Assembly: GCA_963746865.1 (NCBI GenBank)
Contig: CAVVDB010000005.1
Location: 89,437 to 153,436 of the forward strand
Direction: 5' to 3'
Length of the DNA: 64,000 nt
Source of the DNA: an uncultured Chloroflexia bacterium
GTDB lineage: Bacteria > Chloroflexota > Limnocylindria > Limnocylindrales > CSP1-4
The position numbers and the translations under genes were made by a program. Shown here one piece after another: positions 62,282-64,000 of the stretch (positions within the stretch are counted from its first letter, which is position 1; each line of letters opens with the position of its first letter). The notes under the pieces were generated by a model that saw only the letters and a program-made list of their open reading frames with translations, was not told the DNA's origin and did not search any database.

Positions 62282-64000
62282 CCGCCGAGGCGACCGCGCC
62301 AGGGGCGGCCGCGGCGGTGGCCGGCGGTCCGGCTGTCCCCGCGCTGCGCGTCGAGGACCTGTCGCTCGCCTACACCGTCCGCGGGATCGCACGGCCCGTC
62401 CTGCGCGGGGTGTCGTTCGAGATCGGTGCCGGCGAGTCGTACGGGCTTGTGGGCGAATCGGGCTGCGGCAAATCGACCACGGCGTACGCCGCCGTCCGCT
62501 ACCTGCCTCGCAACGGGGTCATCACCGGCGGCCGAGTCCTCGTGGCCGGCGATGACATCACCAAGATGAGCGACGAGCAGGTCCGCCAGTTCCGGATCCA
62601 CCACGTGTCGATGGTCTACCAGGATCCCGGCGCCGCGCTCAATCCGACGACCAAGGTCGGGGCGCAGGTGACCGAGGCGTTCACCGTACTCGGGCAGGGC
62701 AAGGCGGAGGCCGAGGCCAACGCGCTCAAGGCCCTCCAACGCGTCCAGATCGCGGATCCGGAACAGGTCGCACAGCGCTATCCCCATCAGCTCTCGGGCG
62801 GGATGCAGCAGCGCATCGTCATCGCCATCGCGCTCGCGTCCGACCCCAGGCTGTTGATCCTCGACGAGCCGACGACCGGTCTCGACGCCACGGTCGAGGC
62901 GAGCGTCCTCGACCTGGTCCGCTCGCTCCAGGCCGAGATGAACGCCGCCGTGCTGCTCATCGCCCACAACCTCGGCGTCATCCGCACGGTGTGCTCCCGG
63001 GTCGGCGTCATGTACGCGGGCAAGATCGTCGAGGAAGGCGACGCCGCAAGCGTCTTCGAGGACCCGCAGCACCCATACACGCTCGGCCTCCTCCGATCGT
63101 TGCCGCGACGCGGCATCCGCAAGTCGGAACGCGCGCTGTCGACCATCCCCGGCAACCTCCCCCAGATCGGCACCGACCTGCCGACGTGCGTCTTCGTCGA
63201 TCGCTGCCCACTCGCGAGCGACCTGTGCCGGACCGTCCAGCCGCCCATCGTCGAGATCGGCAGCGGGCGCTGGACCAGATGCCACCACCGCGATCGGATC
63301 GGCGAGCTGGTCGAGCCACCGGTGACCGTCGGCCGGGACACGGTCCAGGGCGATCTCGCGCTGTCCGTCCTGGACGTGTCGAAGACCTTCCACCAGAGCG
63401 GCCACGACGTGCCGGCGCTGGTCAAGGTCGGGCTGAACCTGTTCGGTGGCGAGACGCTCGGGCTGGTGGGCGAGTCCGGGTCCGGGAAATCGACCCTGGC
63501 CAAGACGATCCTGGGCATCGAGCGACCCGATGCCGGTGGTTCCGTCGAGCTCGACGACCATCAGCTCGCGGCCCTGTCCGCGGATCGCCCGACATCGGAC
63601 AAGCGCTCGATCCAGATGGTCTTCCAGAACCCCGACTCGGCGCTCAACCGCGGCTGGACCGCACGCCGCATCCTCAGCCGCTCGGTGACCAAGCTGACCG
63701 GACTCAAGGGCAAGGCCGCGAACGAGCGGGTGGACAAGCTGGCGGCCGACCTCCGCCTCACCCAGCGACATCTGGACCTCAAGCCGCGGCAGTTGTCCGG
63801 CGGACTGAAGCAGCGCGTCGCGATCGCGCGCGCCTTCGCCGGCGATCCCAGCATCGTCGTGGCCGACGAGCCCACCAGCGCGCTGGACGTTTCGGTCCAG
63901 GCGGCGATCCTCAACCTGCTGGCCGACCTGCAGCTCAAGAGCCGGACCAGCTACCTGTTGATCTCGCACGACCTCGGGGTCGTGCGCTACCTGGCCGACC
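62278..64000 (+). CDS. Fused double ABC ATPase (DppD/DppF-like); partial, runs off the window end
   Basis: My own translation from ATG 62278 (ATGA overlap). First cassette: GESYGLVGESGCGKST, QLSGGMQQRIVIAIALA, LLILDEPTTGLD. Second cassette: GETLGLVGESGSGKST, QLSGGLKQRVAIARAFA, VVADEPTSALD. The gene is absent from the ORF track because it is open to the window edge. Confidence 0.9.
   Translation, partial: MTAEATAPGAAAAVAGGPAVPALRVEDLSLAYTVRGIARPVLRGVSFEIGAGESYGLVGESGCGKSTTAYAAVRYLPRNGVITGGRVLVAGDDITKMSDEQVRQFRIHHVSMVYQDPGAALNPTTKVGAQVTEAFTVLGQGKAEAEANALKALQRVQIADPEQVAQRYPHQLSGGMQQRIVIAIALASDPRLLILDEPTTGLDATVEASVLDLVRSLQAEMNAAVLLIAHNLGVIRTVCSRVGVMYAGKIVEEGDAASVFEDPQHPYTLGLLRSLPRRGIRKSERALSTIPGNLPQIGTDLPTCVFVDRCPLASDLCRTVQPPIVEIGSGRWTRCHHRDRIGELVEPPVTVGRDTVQGDLALSVLDVSKTFHQSGHDVPALVKVGLNLFGGETLGLVGESGSGKSTLAKTILGIERPDAGGSVELDDHQLAALSADRPTSDKRSIQMVFQNPDSALNRGWTARRILSRSVTKLTGLKGKAANERVDKLAADLRLTQRHLDLKPRQLSGGLKQRVAIARAFAGDPSIVVADEPTSALDVSVQAAILNLLADLQLKSRTSYLLISHDLGVVRYLAD

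Overview
This is a very GC-rich (judged by eye, not computed) bacterial chromosomal segment. The gene content looks actinobacterial or Chloroflexi-like: LLM/F420-type oxidoreductases, PPK2, DUF2252, LAL-type LuxR and cyclase-STAND-TPR giants. I support about 50 protein genes and 2 tRNAs. I recognise no rRNA, CRISPR array, transposase, integrase or phage gene. Most long ORFs in the track are antisense or out-of-frame shadows of real genes (Arg/Pro/Gly-rich nonsense), as expected in high-GC DNA. Operons are tightly packed, with many ATGA/GTGA/TGATG start-stop overlaps.

Gene blocks, in order:
1. An acyltransferase-3 gene and tRNA-Arg.
2. A cyclic-nucleotide neighbourhood: a membrane class III cyclase, an M49-like peptidase, a zinc-ribbon-cyclase-STAND-TPR giant, and an MFS transporter fused to a cNMP-binding domain.
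3. A small detox-like cluster (2 VOC proteins and an NADP oxidoreductase) with a divergent XRE-cupin regulator.
4. pntAA-pntAB-pntB.
5. SulP followed by an RCK-gated channel with an atypical pore, then DUF2252.
6. PPK2 coupled to a P-type ATPase, then a cupredoxin-AlaX pair.
7. A LAL regulator divergent from an orphan N4/N6 methyltransferase with permuted motif order, then an SH3/Pro-Thr-rich membrane protein, a NERD-like protein, and a tRNA with anticodon UAU.
8. A class V aminotransferase head-to-head with a rhodanese, then an ATP-dependent ligase, a GNAT, a MerR regulator, and a DUF1269-HhH protein.
9. A roughly 9-kb coupled operon: MttB-family methyltransferase, DMGDH-like enzyme, soxA/G/B/D-like genes and an Fe-ADH. 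I read this as glycine betaine to glycine demethylation.
10. An ABC1 kinase, then ALDH plus an enolase-superfamily enzyme divergent from a Dpp-type ABC importer.

The strongest cross-cutting observation is that at least 12 reading-frame breaks sit in otherwise convincing genes. Each one can be repaired by removing a single base, and they are concentrated in the soxA/soxG-like region. This points either to insertion-biased assembly error or to real gene decay. I did not find a clearly novel defence or mobile system. The candidates most worth follow-up are the cNMP transporter-cyclase pair, the MttB-linked betaine operon, the GRG-pore channel next to SulP, the permuted methyltransferase, and tRNA(UAU).
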